A stretch of DNA of 63,013 bases, the filler included, from Actinomycetota bacterium (lineage in GTDB: Bacteria; Actinomycetota; Acidimicrobiia; IMCC26256; VFJJ01): assembly GCA_009886115.1 (NCBI GenBank). It is 4 parts of 4 records of this genome, joined end to end, with 100 filler letters (N's around TTAATTAATTAA, not from the genome) between each part and the next. Parts side by side here need not be neighbours in the genome. Positions count along the whole stretch, not along the records: positions 21,541 to 42,141 come from VFJJ01000154.1; positions 42,242 to 59,489 come from VFJJ01000212.1; 2 more parts are not named here. One strand, written 5' to 3'. The position numbers and the translations under genes are program-made. The number at the start of each line of letters is the position of its first letter. Position 1 is the first letter of the stretch. Of this stretch, positions 36,258 to 46,084 are shown piece after piece. The notes below the pieces were generated by a model. That model ran no database searches and was not told where the DNA came from. It saw only the letters and a program-made list of their open reading frames with translations.

Positions 36258-37766
36258 ATGACCAGTGCCGTATCGACCCCGAGCCCGACGCCCGACGGCG
36301 TCGAAGCCGAGCTGCTCGAGATCGCTGCGTCGCGCCGGGGCGTGCGCCAGATCGCGTTCTTCGATCTCGACGGGACGCTGATCAACGGGTACTCGGCGGT
36401 GGTGTTCCTGCAGGACGAGCTGCGTCACCGCCGCGTCTCTCCGCTCCTGCTCGCTCGGGGCCTTCGGGTCGCCGCCGAGTTCCAGCTCGGGAGGGCCTCG
36501 TTCGCCGACCTCCTCGCCGTGGTCACCGAAGCCATGGCCGGACACTCGGAGGACGAGTTCACCGCCACGGGCCAGCGACTCTTCAGTGACCACATCGGCG
36601 GCAGGATCTACGCCGAGGGGCGCGCCCTCGTGGAGGCCCATCGACGTCGCGGCCACACCGTGGTGATCTGCTCGTCGGCGACCCGCTACCAGGTGGCCCC
36701 GGTCGCAGCCGACCTGGGTGTCGAGCACGTGCTGTGCACCGAGCTGGAGGTCGTCGACGGCCGGTTCACCGGTGAGGTGGTCCACAACCGGTGGAACGCC
36801 GGAAAAGCCGAGGCGGCACTGGCCTTCGCACGCGAGCGTCGGTGCGACCTGGCCAACGCCTGGTTCTACAGCGACGGCCCCGAGGACGTCCCGCTCCTCG
36901 AGCTGGTCGGCCGTCCGCGGGCCGTGAACCCGCAGAGCGCCCTGGCCGACGAGGCCGAGGAACGGGGATGGCCCGTCCTGCGCTTCACGAGCCGCGGGCG
37001 CCCGTCGCTCGGCGACCGGGTGCGGACCGGCCTCCTCCTCACGAGCGCAGCGCCGTCGATCGCGCTGGCGCTGCCGCCCGCCCTGATGAGCGGCAGCTGG
37101 CAGTCGTTCGTCAACCTGGCCATGAGCACCTGGGGTGATCTCGGCGCGGCCTTGGCCGGGATCACCTTGCGGGTCCAGGGCGAGGAGCATCTGTGGGAGC
37201 AACGCCCGGCCGTGTTCATCTTCAACCACCAGAGCTACGTCGACCTGCTCATCCTCGTGAAGCTCATCCGTCGCGACCTCACCGGGGTGGCCAAGAAGGA
37301 GTTGCGGAACAATCCCGTCGTGGGTCCGATCTTCCGGATCGGCGGTGTGGCGTTCATCGACCGCTCCGACCGGGTCCAGTCCGTGGCTGCGCTGCACGAG
37401 GTCGTGGGCAAGCTCGAGTCGGGCCTCTCGGTCGCGATCGCGCCCGAAGGCACCCGCTCGCCGACACCCAAGGTGCAGCCGTTCAAGAAGGGGGCCTTCC
37501 GCATGGCGATGGAGGCCGGGGTTCCCGTGGTGCCCATCGTGATCCGCAATGCCGGTGACGTGCTCGCGCGGGGAGCGTCGACGATCAGGCCCGGCACCGT
37601 CGACGTGGTCGTCAGGGCCCCGATCGACGTCGACGACTGGACGCTCGACGATCTCGACGAGCGGATCACCGAGGTCCACACGATGTACGTCGACACCATC
37701 GCCCGCTGGCCCGATGCGCGCCGGCGGGCCGGCACCGCCCGAGGACGAACAAGCCCCGCCCGATGA
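36258..37766 (+). CDS. plsC: HAD-IB phosphatase / 1-acyl-glycerol-3-phosphate acyltransferase fusion
   Basis: FFDLDGTL and YSDG..D in the HAD domain; NHQSYVD and PEGTRS in the acyltransferase domain. Confidence 0.88.
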   Translation: MTSAVSTPSPTPDGVEAELLEIAASRRGVRQIAFFDLDGTLINGYSAVVFLQDELRHRRVSPLLLARGLRVAAEFQLGRASFADLLAVVTEAMAGHSEDEFTATGQRLFSDHIGGRIYAEGRALVEAHRRRGHTVVICSSATRYQVAPVAADLGVEHVLCTELEVVDGRFTGEVVHNRWNAGKAEAALAFARERRCDLANAWFYSDGPEDVPLLELVGRPRAVNPQSALADEAEERGWPVLRFTSRGRPSLGDRVRTGLLLTSAAPSIALALPPALMSGSWQSFVNLAMSTWGDLGAALAGITLRVQGEEHLWEQRPAVFIFNHQSYVDLLILVKLIRRDLTGVAKKELRNNPVVGPIFRIGGVAFIDRSDRVQSVAALHEVVGKLESGLSVAIAPEGTRSPTPKVQPFKKGAFRMAMEAGVPVVPIVIRNAGDVLARGASTIRPGTVDVVVRAPIDVDDWTLDDLDERITEVHTMYVDTIARWPDARRRAGTARGRTSPAR

Positions 37767-40435
37767 TCGACGACCCCGGTGACCTCTCGATGCCCGGCGC
37801 CGCGCCCGATTCCGACGCCGCGCCCGATTCCGACCCCGACCCGTCGAGCGACCCCGCACCCGATTCCGACGCCGACCCGTCGAGCGAGCCTGGTGCGAGC
37901 GAGCCTGGTGCGAGCGAGCCGGCACGGCCGACGCTCGCTCAACGGACGGCGGCATTCCGGTCGCGCGTCACGTCGCGGCGGCGGATCGGCGGAGGCGGCG
38001 ACGACGACCCGATCGCCCGGTGGCCCAGCGGCCACGACGCTCGAGGAGCCAAGCACGTCTTCCTCACGGTCGCGGCCACGAGCGTGGAACAGCGGCTGAT
38101 CGACGCCTGGATCGCGCGCAACCGACCGGCCGGCGTGGCGCTGGCCGACTTCGAGCAGATCCCCGTCCCCGATCCCCACGACCGCAAGGCCGATGCGGTC
38201 GACGCCAAGCTCGTGCGACGACTCGCGGTCGGCGACGACCCGCTGCTCGTGCCGCTGCGGATCGTGTGGCTGCCACCCGAGCGTGACGGAGAGCGGGTCG
38301 CCCGCCTCACCGACCTCGTCACCTTCGGTGATCCCCGATCGCCGGGATCCTTGCGGCAGCGGATGCTGGCGGGCTCGGGTACCGAGCGGTGCCCCGTTAT
38401 CGCCGGCGAACCCGCTCGAGCCGAGACCTTGCGGGAGCGATTCCGGCAGCGCCATCACACCGACGACGTGTGCAACGACGAGTTGTTCGCTGCGTTCGTC
38501 GCCCGCCAGGCCGGCCTGGCCCTGGAACGGGCGGAATGGCAGGCGCTCGGCGCCCGGTACAAGGTGCCGAGCCTGGTCGTCGACGAGATCCTGTCGCGAG
38601 CCGACTTCCAGTCTGGTCTGCGCACGCTGGCCCACGAAGCGGGGCGACCGCTCGGGGACGTGGCCAAAGAAGCTTCGGCCGACCTGCAGGAGATGGCCGC
38701 CGGGCACAGCCGCTACATGATCGACCTCAGCGCCGACTTCGCCCGGTGGATGTACACACAGGCCTACGACGAGTCGATCCACTACGACCGTCAACGCTTC
38801 GACGAGGTGCGAGCGCTCATGGAGCGCTACCCCGTCGTGTTCCTGCCGTCGCACAAGTCGTACCTCGACCCGGTCGTGATGCGCTGGATCCTCCACCAGC
38901 AGGGCCTCCCCCCGGCGCACACCGCAGCCGGACGAAACATCAACTTCTGGCCCATCGGGCCGCTGTACCGCCGGGCCGGCGCGTTCTTCATCCGGCGCTC
39001 GTTCAAGGACGACCCCGTCTACAAGTTCGTGATCCGCGAGTACATCGGCTATCTGGTCGAGAAGCGCTTCAACCTCGAGTGGTACCTCGAAGGCGGTCGG
39101 TCGCGCAGCGGGAAGCTCCTGCCGCCCAAGCTGGGCCTGCTCACGTACGTGGTCGACGCATACCGGCTGGGCCGGACCGACGACATCATCTTCCAGCCGG
39201 TGGCCATCGCCTACGACCAGCTCTACGAGGTGGGCTCCTACGCCGCCGAGGCCCACGGCGCCCAGAAGACCAAGGAGGGCTTCGGTTTCCTGGTCAACTA
39301 CCTGCGCTCGTTGCGGCGCCGCTACGGGCACGTGCACGTCAACTTCGGCGAGCCCATCTCACTTCGCGATGTCCTCGGACCGCCCCCGGTGGCCGACCCG
39401 TCCGACTTCACGGTCCCCGCCGACGAGCCCACCCTCGACCTGCAGAAGCTGGCGTTCCAGGTTGCGGTACGCATCAACCGGGTGACACCGATCACGCCGA
39501 CGTCGCTCGTGACGCTGGCCATCCTGGGTACCGGCACCCGGGCCCTCACGTTGGAGGAGATCGTCAGGCAGGTCCGCAACTTCGTGCGCTACGTGACCGA
39601 CCGCGAGCTCCCCATCACCGACGATCTCCGTCTCGACACCGACGACGCGGTCAAGCAGGTCCTCGACGCGCTGATCCGCCAGGACGTCGTCACCAGCTTT
39701 GCTGCCGGGCCCGAGCCGGTGTACCAGGTCGGTCCCGATCAGCAGCTCGCCGCGGCGTACTACCGCAACACCATCGCCCACTTCTTCCTCGAGTCGGCGA
39801 TCGCCGAGCTGGCCCTGTTGCGGGTCGATGACGTGCCCGTCGATTCCTTCCCCGAACAACTCACATCGGCGATCGACCTCACGCCGGCGTTCTGGGACGA
39901 GGTGATGGAGCTGCGCGACCTCCTCAAGTTCGAGTTCTTCTTCCCCGAGAAGGACGAGTTCCGGGCCGAGGTCGCCGCCGAGGTCGCACGCCACGAGCCC
40001 TCGTGGCAGAAGCGCCTCGAATCCGGGGGTGCCGATCTCCACACGATCGTCGAGAGCTTCCACCCGTTCACCGCGCATCGGGTGCTGCGCCCGTTCCTCG
40101 AGGCGTACCAGGTCGTCGCCGACGCGCTCGTCGGTCACGACGACACGGCGATCGCCGAGCCCGGCGCGCCCGTCGACGAGAAGGCGTTTCTCGCCGAGTG
40201 CCTCGGGTTGGGCACGCAGTACGCCTTGCGGGGCTTGGTGACGAGCACCGAGTCGGCGTCGAAGGTGCTCTTCGAGTCGGCCCTCAAGCTGGCCCGCCAT
40301 CGCAACCTGCTCGGCGCCGGTCCGCAGACCGCAGAGCGCCGCCGGGAGTTCGCCGCCGAGCTGCGTGACGTGATCCGACGCACCCAGGCCATCGAGGCTC
40401 TCGCCGTCGGACGCCGAGCCGGCTACGTGACCTGA
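37763..40435 (+). CDS. plsB: Glycerol-3-phosphate O-acyltransferase
   Basis: SHKSYLD, GAFFIRR, YLEGGRSRSGKLL motifs; overlaps the upstream gene. Confidence 0.92.
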   Translation: MIDDPGDLSMPGAAPDSDAAPDSDPDPSSDPAPDSDADPSSEPGASEPGASEPARPTLAQRTAAFRSRVTSRRRIGGGGDDDPIARWPSGHDARGAKHVFLTVAATSVEQRLIDAWIARNRPAGVALADFEQIPVPDPHDRKADAVDAKLVRRLAVGDDPLLVPLRIVWLPPERDGERVARLTDLVTFGDPRSPGSLRQRMLAGSGTERCPVIAGEPARAETLRERFRQRHHTDDVCNDELFAAFVARQAGLALERAEWQALGARYKVPSLVVDEILSRADFQSGLRTLAHEAGRPLGDVAKEASADLQEMAAGHSRYMIDLSADFARWMYTQAYDESIHYDRQRFDEVRALMERYPVVFLPSHKSYLDPVVMRWILHQQGLPPAHTAAGRNINFWPIGPLYRRAGAFFIRRSFKDDPVYKFVIREYIGYLVEKRFNLEWYLEGGRSRSGKLLPPKLGLLTYVVDAYRLGRTDDIIFQPVAIAYDQLYEVGSYAAEAHGAQKTKEGFGFLVNYLRSLRRRYGHVHVNFGEPISLRDVLGPPPVADPSDFTVPADEPTLDLQKLAFQVAVRINRVTPITPTSLVTLAILGTGTRALTLEEIVRQVRNFVRYVTDRELPITDDLRLDTDDAVKQVLDALIRQDVVTSFAAGPEPVYQVGPDQQLAAAYYRNTIAHFFLESAIAELALLRVDDVPVDSFPEQLTSAIDLTPAFWDEVMELRDLLKFEFFFPEKDEFRAEVAAEVARHEPSWQKRLESGGADLHTIVESFHPFTAHRVLRPFLEAYQVVADALVGHDDTAIAEPGAPVDEKAFLAECLGLGTQYALRGLVTSTESASKVLFESALKLARHRNLLGAGPQTAERRREFAAELRDVIRRTQAIEALAVGRRAGYVT

Positions 40436-40462
40436 GTTCGGCTGACCCGCCCACCCCACCCC

Positions 40463-40509
40463 CTCCCAAATTTGTGCAGAAATCGTCGCGTGGCGACGAT
40501 TTCTGCACA
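40463..40509. repeat. AT-rich palindromic dispersed repeat, copy 1 (REP/MITE-like)
   Basis: Perfect 17-bp stem TGTGCAGAAATCGTCGC-GTG-GCGACGATTTCTGCACA; first 27 bp are 26/27 identical to 59621-59647. Confidence 0.8.
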
Positions 40510-40536
40510 CAGAACGAGACGAGAGCGAGCAATCCC

Positions 40537-41235
40537 ATGGGTTTCCTGGAGCTGACCCGCGAGGGCGACGTCTTCGTGATGACGATGATCGCCGGCGACA
40601 ACCGCTTCAACAACGAGACCGTCGCCGAGATCAACGCCGCGCTCGACGAGGTGGAGGCATCCACGGGCCCGACGGCGCTCGTCACCACGGGGACGGGGAA
40701 GTTCTATTCGAACGGGCTCGATCTCGATCGGCTCCGAGAGCTACCCCAGGGGGGCTTCGGCGTGTTCCTCACCGGCTTCTACAAGACGATCGGGCGGGTG
40801 CTGGCCTCAGGGGTGCCGTCGGTGGCGGCGATCAACGGCCATTGCTTCGCCGGTGCCGCGTTCTTCTCGCTCTGCCACGACTACCGGATCATGCGCGAAG
40901 ACCGGGGTTTCTTCTGCGTGCCCGAGATCGAGCTCGGACTGCCGTTGTGGGCCGAGTTCATGGGCGTGCTGCGCACCAAGCTCTCGCCCCTTGCGTTGCG
41001 CGACCTGGTGCTCACCGGCGTACGTCTCGGCGGGCCCGACGCGCTGCGGTACGGCGCCGTCGATGCCGTGGCGTCGGAGGACGAGCTGCTGAGTGTTGCG
41101 ATCGCCAAGGCAGCGTCGCTGGCGACGAAGCCCCGGCCCATCTACGCGCAGCTCAAGAGCCAGATGTACCCCGAGCTGCTGCGGCTTCTCGATCCGACAT
41201 CCACGCCGCCCGCGTCGCCGTTCGCCACCACGTGA
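40537..41235 (+). CDS. Enoyl-CoA hydratase/isomerase (delta-isomerase-like)
   Basis: KFYSNGLDL, AAINGHCFAGA, HDYRIMREDRGFFCVPE motifs. Confidence 0.9.
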   Translation: MGFLELTREGDVFVMTMIAGDNRFNNETVAEINAALDEVEASTGPTALVTTGTGKFYSNGLDLDRLRELPQGGFGVFLTGFYKTIGRVLASGVPSVAAINGHCFAGAAFFSLCHDYRIMREDRGFFCVPEIELGLPLWAEFMGVLRTKLSPLALRDLVLTGVRLGGPDALRYGAVDAVASEDELLSVAIAKAASLATKPRPIYAQLKSQMYPELLRLLDPTSTPPASPFATT

Positions 41236-41876
41236 GCATCGTCGAGCTCCACATCGACCCCATCTGCCCGTGGGCGTGGGTCACGAGTCGCTGGGTACTG
41301 GAGGTGGCGACGGTCCGTCGGCTGGAGGTGCGCTGGAAGGCCATCTCGCTGCTGATGATCAACGAGGGCCGCGACTACGCGACCGAGTTCCCCGAGGGAT
41401 ACCCGGAGCTCCACGCAGCCGGCTTGGCCATGCTGCGCATGGTGATCGCCGCGCGCTCGCTCGAAGGCGACGACGCCGCCGGACGGCTCTACACCGAGCT
41501 CGGCACCCGGGTCCACATCGACTCGCGCTACACCGCGGCCCGGGCCCAGGACCGCACGCTCTTCGAGGAAGCACTCGGTGCGGCCGGGCTCCCGACGACG
41601 TTGGCCGACGCCGCGTCGTCGGTGGCGCTCGACGAGGTGATCCGGGCCGAGTCGGAATCCGCGTTGAGCCGGGCCGGGCGCGAGGTCGGCACGCCCGTGC
41701 TCACCTTCGACCCCGGCACCGACACGGAGGCCTCGTTCTTCGGCCCCGTCATCAGCCGCGTCCCCCGCGGCACTGCCGCTGCGGAGCTCTGGGACGCCGT
41801 CGTGCTCCTGGCCCGCACCGCCGGCTTCTGCGAGCTCAAGCGCTCGATCCGCGAGTGGCCCCAGCCGGCATCGTGA
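41232..41876 (+). CDS. DsbA-like mycothiol-dependent oxidoreductase (Rv2466c family), monothiol
   Basis: DPICPWAWVTSRW, VGTP, FFGPVISRVP, FCELKR motifs. Confidence 0.85.
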   Translation: MSIVELHIDPICPWAWVTSRWVLEVATVRRLEVRWKAISLLMINEGRDYATEFPEGYPELHAAGLAMLRMVIAARSLEGDDAAGRLYTELGTRVHIDSRYTAARAQDRTLFEEALGAAGLPTTLADAASSVALDEVIRAESESALSRAGREVGTPVLTFDPGTDTEASFFGPVISRVPRGTAAAELWDAVVLLARTAGFCELKRSIREWPQPAS

Positions 41877-42121
41877 CCTGGACGCCCCCGGCCCCCGCTG
41901 CCCACGTCCTGATCGTCGTCCCGTGTACCACGACCCACCGTGGCCTGCCGTCGCACGTCGAGCTCGACGCAGCGTCGTCAGGTCTTGACGAGATCAGCTA
42001 CGCGAAGTGTGAGGACATCAAGTCCGTCTCCGACGAACGGCTCGTCGCACGCCTCGGCAATGCCCCGGTCGAGGCGATGTTCGAGATCTCGCGATCGCTG
42101 CGCTTCCTCCTCGACATCTGA
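41873..42121 (+). pseudogene. N-terminally truncated PemK/MazF toxin
   Basis: IVVPCTT..LPSHVEL..GLDEISYAKCEDIKSVSDERL..RLG; lacks the N-terminal RPAVVVS segment; no antitoxin upstream. Confidence 0.7.
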
Positions 42122-42141
42122 CCCACCGGTGGCCTCTCATA

Positions 42142-42241
42142 NNNNNNNNNNNNNNNNNNNNNNNNNNNNNNNNNNNNNNNNNNNNTTAATTAATTAANNN
42201 NNNNNNNNNNNNNNNNNNNNNNNNNNNNNNNNNNNNNNNNN
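42142..42241. other. Artificial contig joint
   Basis: N run with TTAATTAATTAA. Confidence 0.97.
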
Positions 42242-42792
42242 ACGATCGGCGCCACCAACGTCATGGCGCCCGTCGAGCCTTGGAACACCGCATCCCCGAA
42301 CGCGAAGACCCCGCCGTCGGACGCCACCAACCAATACCCCACGCCAGTCGGCGTCGCCGCCATCCCCACGATCGGCCGGTTGAGAGGCATGCCCCCCGTC
42401 GAACCCTGGAACACCGCATCCCCGAAGGCGAAGATCCCGCCGTCGGACGCCACCAGCCAGTACCCCGCCCCGCTCGGCGTCGCCGCCATCCCCACGATCG
42501 GCCGAACCGTGGGTGTCGATCCGAACACGGTGGCTGCACCTGCGGTCGTGACGGCCCCATTGGACGACGCGATCCAGACGCCGTCGCCGTTGCGGGTCTG
42601 CGCGGCCGCGACCACCTCGATCGCGGCGCCGGCAGCGAGGCCCAGGGTCCGGGGTGCGCCGGCGTCGGCCGGGAGCACGCCGGACGTCACGAGCGCCAGC
42701 GCACCGAACGCCGCCGAGCCCGCGACCAGCAGCCGTATGCCGGGTCGACGACGCACGGCGTGACGACGCACGGCGAGGCGACGGCTGCTCAA
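42242..42792 (-). CDS. Exported protein with N-terminal GYWLVASDGGIFAFGDA repeats, 3' truncated
   Basis: Arg-rich signal peptide ending ADA, followed by ~38-aa repeats; runs into the gap; start uncertain. Confidence 0.8.
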
Positions 42793-42991
42793 CGGCTCCT
42801 CGAGGCTCGACGGCCCGGATCGAGTCTCGTATGAACGTGTGTGCCCAAGCCCGTCCCCCACTTCATTTGGTGACGACATCGAGGTCGTGCCCCCCGGCTC
42901 GACCATGCCGCCGCCTCACCCAGCCACCGACAGTAGCGGATCGCTCTCTCCGGCGCGCGACTCGCGACGATACCGACGAGCGGAGCGGACC

Positions 42992-43630
42992 TCAGTCGCC
43001 GTAGGACGCAGCCAGCAACGAACGAGCCAGGGCTCCGAAGGCAGCCGCCCGGTGGGAGATCGTGTTCTTCTCGGACGTGCTCATCTCTGCGAACGTGCGC
43101 CCATCGCCAGCCGTGGGGGCGAACACCGGGTCGTAGCCGAACCCACCACTGCCCCGGGGAGCCTCGATGATGCGCCCGTCGACGTGCCCACTCGTCACCA
43201 GCTGACGCCCGTCGGGCCAGACGAGCGCGGCGACCGTCGTGAAGCGGGCTGTGCGTCCAGGTCCGTCGACGCCGGCGAGCTCGGCCAGGAGCCGGCGCAC
43301 GTTGTCGGCCGACGAGCAGTCCGGTCCGGCGTAGCGCGCCGACCGGACGCCGGGCGCGCCGCCGAGCGCGTCGACCTCGAGCCCGGTGTCGTCGGCGAGC
43401 GCGGGTGACCCCGTGGCGTCGACGAGCGCCCGAGCCTTGAGCACGGCGTTGGCCTCGAGCGTGTCGCCCGTCTCGTCGACGTCGGGAACCTCGACCGGCC
43501 GCGCGATCAGCTCGACACCGGCAACGTCGGCCAGGATCGCCCGGATCTCCTCGACCTTGTGCGCATTGGCCGTCGCCAGCACGACCCGGGTGACGCCGGC
43601 CACGGTCGGCCTGTCCTGCTCGGGGATCAC
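42992..43630 (-). CDS. rdgB: Non-canonical purine NTP pyrophosphatase (RdgB/HAM1)
   Basis: [35 protein letters not shown] motifs. Confidence 0.95.
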   Translation of the reverse strand: MIPEQDRPTVAGVTRVVLATANAHKVEEIRAILADVAGVELIARPVEVPDVDETGDTLEANAVLKARALVDATGSPALADDTGLEVDALGGAPGVRSARYAGPDCSSADNVRRLLAELAGVDGPGRTARFTTVAALVWPDGRQLVTSGHVDGRIIEAPRGSGGFGYDPVFAPTAGDGRTFAEMSTSEKNTISHRAAAFGALARSLLAASYGD

Positions 43631-44391
43631 CGTGACGGGCGGGGCGGCGGCGGCGTAGCCAGCACCGCGGCCTGCGCGGCGCCGAGCTCGTCGATGCCGG
43701 CGGTCGCCAGGTCGAGCATGCGGTCGAGCGCGGCCCTGTCGAACGGGCTGCCCTCGGCCGTGCCCTGCACCTCGACCAGGCCACCGGCGCCCGTCATCAC
43801 GACGTTCATGTCGACCTCGGCGCCGGCGTCTTCCGAGTAGTCGAGGTCGAGGAGCGCCCGACCGTCGACCACCCCGACCGAGACGGCTGCGCACGACGAG
43901 ATGAACGGCAGTGCCGGCATCCTGCCGTCGGCGATGAGGCGGGAGCAGGCGTCGTGCAGTGCGACGTAGGCCCCGCAGATCGACGCCGTACGGGTGCCAC
44001 CGTCGGCCTGGAGCACGTCGCAGTCGAGCGTGATCACCAACTCGCCCATGGCTTCGAGGTCGGTGACGGCGCGGAGCGACCGTCCGATGAGGCGTTGGAT
44101 CTCCAGGGTGCGGCCCGACTGCTTGCCCTTGGCGGCTTCGCGATCGACCCGTTCGGCCGACGAGCCGGGCAGCAGCGAGTACTCGGCGGTCACCCAGCCT
44201 CGTCCCCGCCCGCGCAGCCACCGGGGCACGTCGTCGTCGACCGAGGCCGTGCACAGCACCTTCGTCCCTCCGACGATGACGAGGGTGGAGCCCATCGCCT
44301 GCGCGGTGAAGTCACGCACGAGTTGCACCGGCCGGAGCTGCTCGGGCGTGCGCCCGTCTCGGCGCACGTGCTGGGCCTCGGGCGTCGCCAT
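43627..44391 (-). CDS. rph: Ribonuclease PH
   Basis: [42 protein letters not shown] motifs. Confidence 0.97.
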   Translation of the reverse strand: MATPEAQHVRRDGRTPEQLRPVQLVRDFTAQAMGSTLVIVGGTKVLCTASVDDDVPRWLRGRGRGWVTAEYSLLPGSSAERVDREAAKGKQSGRTLEIQRLIGRSLRAVTDLEAMGELVITLDCDVLQADGGTRTASICGAYVALHDACSRLIADGRMPALPFISSCAAVSVGVVDGRALLDLDYSEDAGAEVDMNVVMTGAGGLVEVQGTAEGSPFDRAALDRMLDLATAGIDELGAAQAAVLATPPPPRPSR

Positions 44392-45126
44392 CTAGACGTG
44401 CACCGAGAGATGGGGTGTGGCCAACGTGACCCGGTCGCCGAAGGCTTCTTCGGCCTCGAGCACCGACGCGGCCGGATCGAGCATGGGCCAGATGTGCGTG
44501 ATCATGAGCCGCTTGGCGTTGGCCTCCCGGGCCCGAACGCCCGCATCGTGGGCCGTGTAGTGGAGGTGGGGCGGATGGGCCACGGCGCGCTGGTACGTGG
44601 CCTCGGCGACGACGAGATCGGCGCCCGTGCCGAACTCGGCCGGGCTCCACTCGGAGCAGGTGTCGGAGGTGTAGATCATCCGCCGGCCGGCGGCGCTCAG
44701 CTCGACGGCGACGGTGTTCGCCGGATGGGTCGTACGCGAGAACCGCAAGGCGATGTCGCCGAGATGCTCCTTGTCGCCGTCGGCGACCTCGATCCAGTCG
44801 AAGGTCGTGCCCCAGTCGCCGTCGACGAGAGCATCGAGCTTCGACCGCACCCCGGCCGGGGCGAAGAGCGGAAGGTGCTCCCGTTGCAGCCCGTACCGCC
44901 AGAGCACGTGCAGCCCGTAGATGTCGACCGAGTGGTCGGGGTGGTGATGGGTGATGACGACGCCGTCGAGATCGGCGATGGGGATGTGCCGAGCGAGGTT
45001 GGCCAACGTGCCGTTTCCGCAGTCGACCCAGATGTTGGTGGAGCCGTGGCGGACGAGATACCCGCTGCAGGTGCTCGCGGGTGGTGCCCCGTACGAGCCC
45101 GAAGAACCCAGGACGGTCAGTTCCAT
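44392..45126 (-). CDS. MBL-fold phosphodiesterase (Rv1339-like)
   Basis: LTVLGSSGS, THHHPDH, YTSDT, THIWP motifs; lies between murI and rph. Confidence 0.88.
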   Translation of the reverse strand: MELTVLGSSGSYGAPPASTCSGYLVRHGSTNIWVDCGNGTLANLARHIPIADLDGVVITHHHPDHSVDIYGLHVLWRYGLQREHLPLFAPAGVRSKLDALVDGDWGTTFDWIEVADGDKEHLGDIALRFSRTTHPANTVAVELSAAGRRMIYTSDTCSEWSPAEFGTGADLVVAEATYQRAVAHPPHLHYTAHDAGVRAREANAKRLMITHIWPMLDPAASVLEAEEAFGDRVTLATPHLSVHV

Positions 45127-45226
45127 TCCCGGCTCGTACCTCCGCGCCAGCGCTGCAATCGGTGACACTCGACCCGGTCGAGGGTACACAACGACACCGA
45201 CGCAACATGCAGGTACGAGCGGGTCA

Positions 45227-46084
45227 TCAGCGATCGGGCCAGCGCCATGCCTCGACGTCGACGACCTCGGGACCGCAAAAGCGTACTCCCAGCGCGCGGA
45301 AGGTCGTCGTGTCGCCGCTCGTGACAAACGCACGTTGTCCGGCGCGCTCGGGAGGCGCTAGGGCCCCGGTCCGCTCGAGGAGCTCGCGGACCTCGAAGGC
45401 CGTCTCCTCGGCGCTCGACACCAACACCACGTCGCGCCCCATGACGTCACCGATCGTGCGGGCGAGCAATGGGTAGTGCGTGCAGCCGAGGACGAGCGTG
45501 TCGACCCCCGCCCGTCGAACAGGATCAAGGAGCCGCTCGGCCAGCACGTGCACCTGATCGGAGTCGACCTCACCGGCCTCGACGAACTCGACGAATCCCG
45601 GGCACGCCGCACAGTACAGATCGATCGGTGACCCTGTGCGGGAGCCGGTCACCGCACGTGCCGCCGCCCCCGCAGCCGCCTCGACGTGCATCGCCGCCCG
45701 CTGGTAGGCGCCCGACGCGATCGTCCCCACCGTACCGATGACACCGATGCGACCTGAGCCCGTCACCTTCGCCGCGGCGCGGAGGCCGGGCTCGACGACC
45801 CCGATCACCGGCACCGGAAGGTCGCGCTGGAGGATGGGGAGCGCGGCGGCAGACGCCGTGTTGCAGCCGACCACGATCAGCTTGACGCCGCGCGCCACGA
45901 GCAGTTCGGCGATCTGCACCGCATAGCGGCGGACGTCGTCCGCGGGCTTGGGCCCGTAGGGGAAACGGCCGTTGTCGCCGAAGAAGACGATGTCCTCGGA
46001 CGGCAGCAGGTCGATGAGCGCCCTGACCACGGTGAGACCGCCGAGCCCGCTGTCGAACACCCCGATGGGCCGGGGGTCGTTCAC
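45227..46084 (-). CDS. murI: Glutamate racemase
   Basis: IGVFDSGLGG, PYGPK, GCNTAS, LGCTHYP motifs. Confidence 0.97.
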   Translation of the reverse strand: MNDPRPIGVFDSGLGGLTVVRALIDLLPSEDIVFFGDNGRFPYGPKPADDVRRYAVQIAELLVARGVKLIVVGCNTASAAALPILQRDLPVPVIGVVEPGLRAAAKVTGSGRIGVIGTVGTIASGAYQRAAMHVEAAAGAAARAVTGSRTGSPIDLYCAACPGFVEFVEAGEVDSDQVHVLAERLLDPVRRAGVDTLVLGCTHYPLLARTIGDVMGRDVVLVSSAEETAFEVRELLERTGALAPPERAGQRAFVTSGDTTTFRALGVRFCGPEVVDVEAWRWPDR

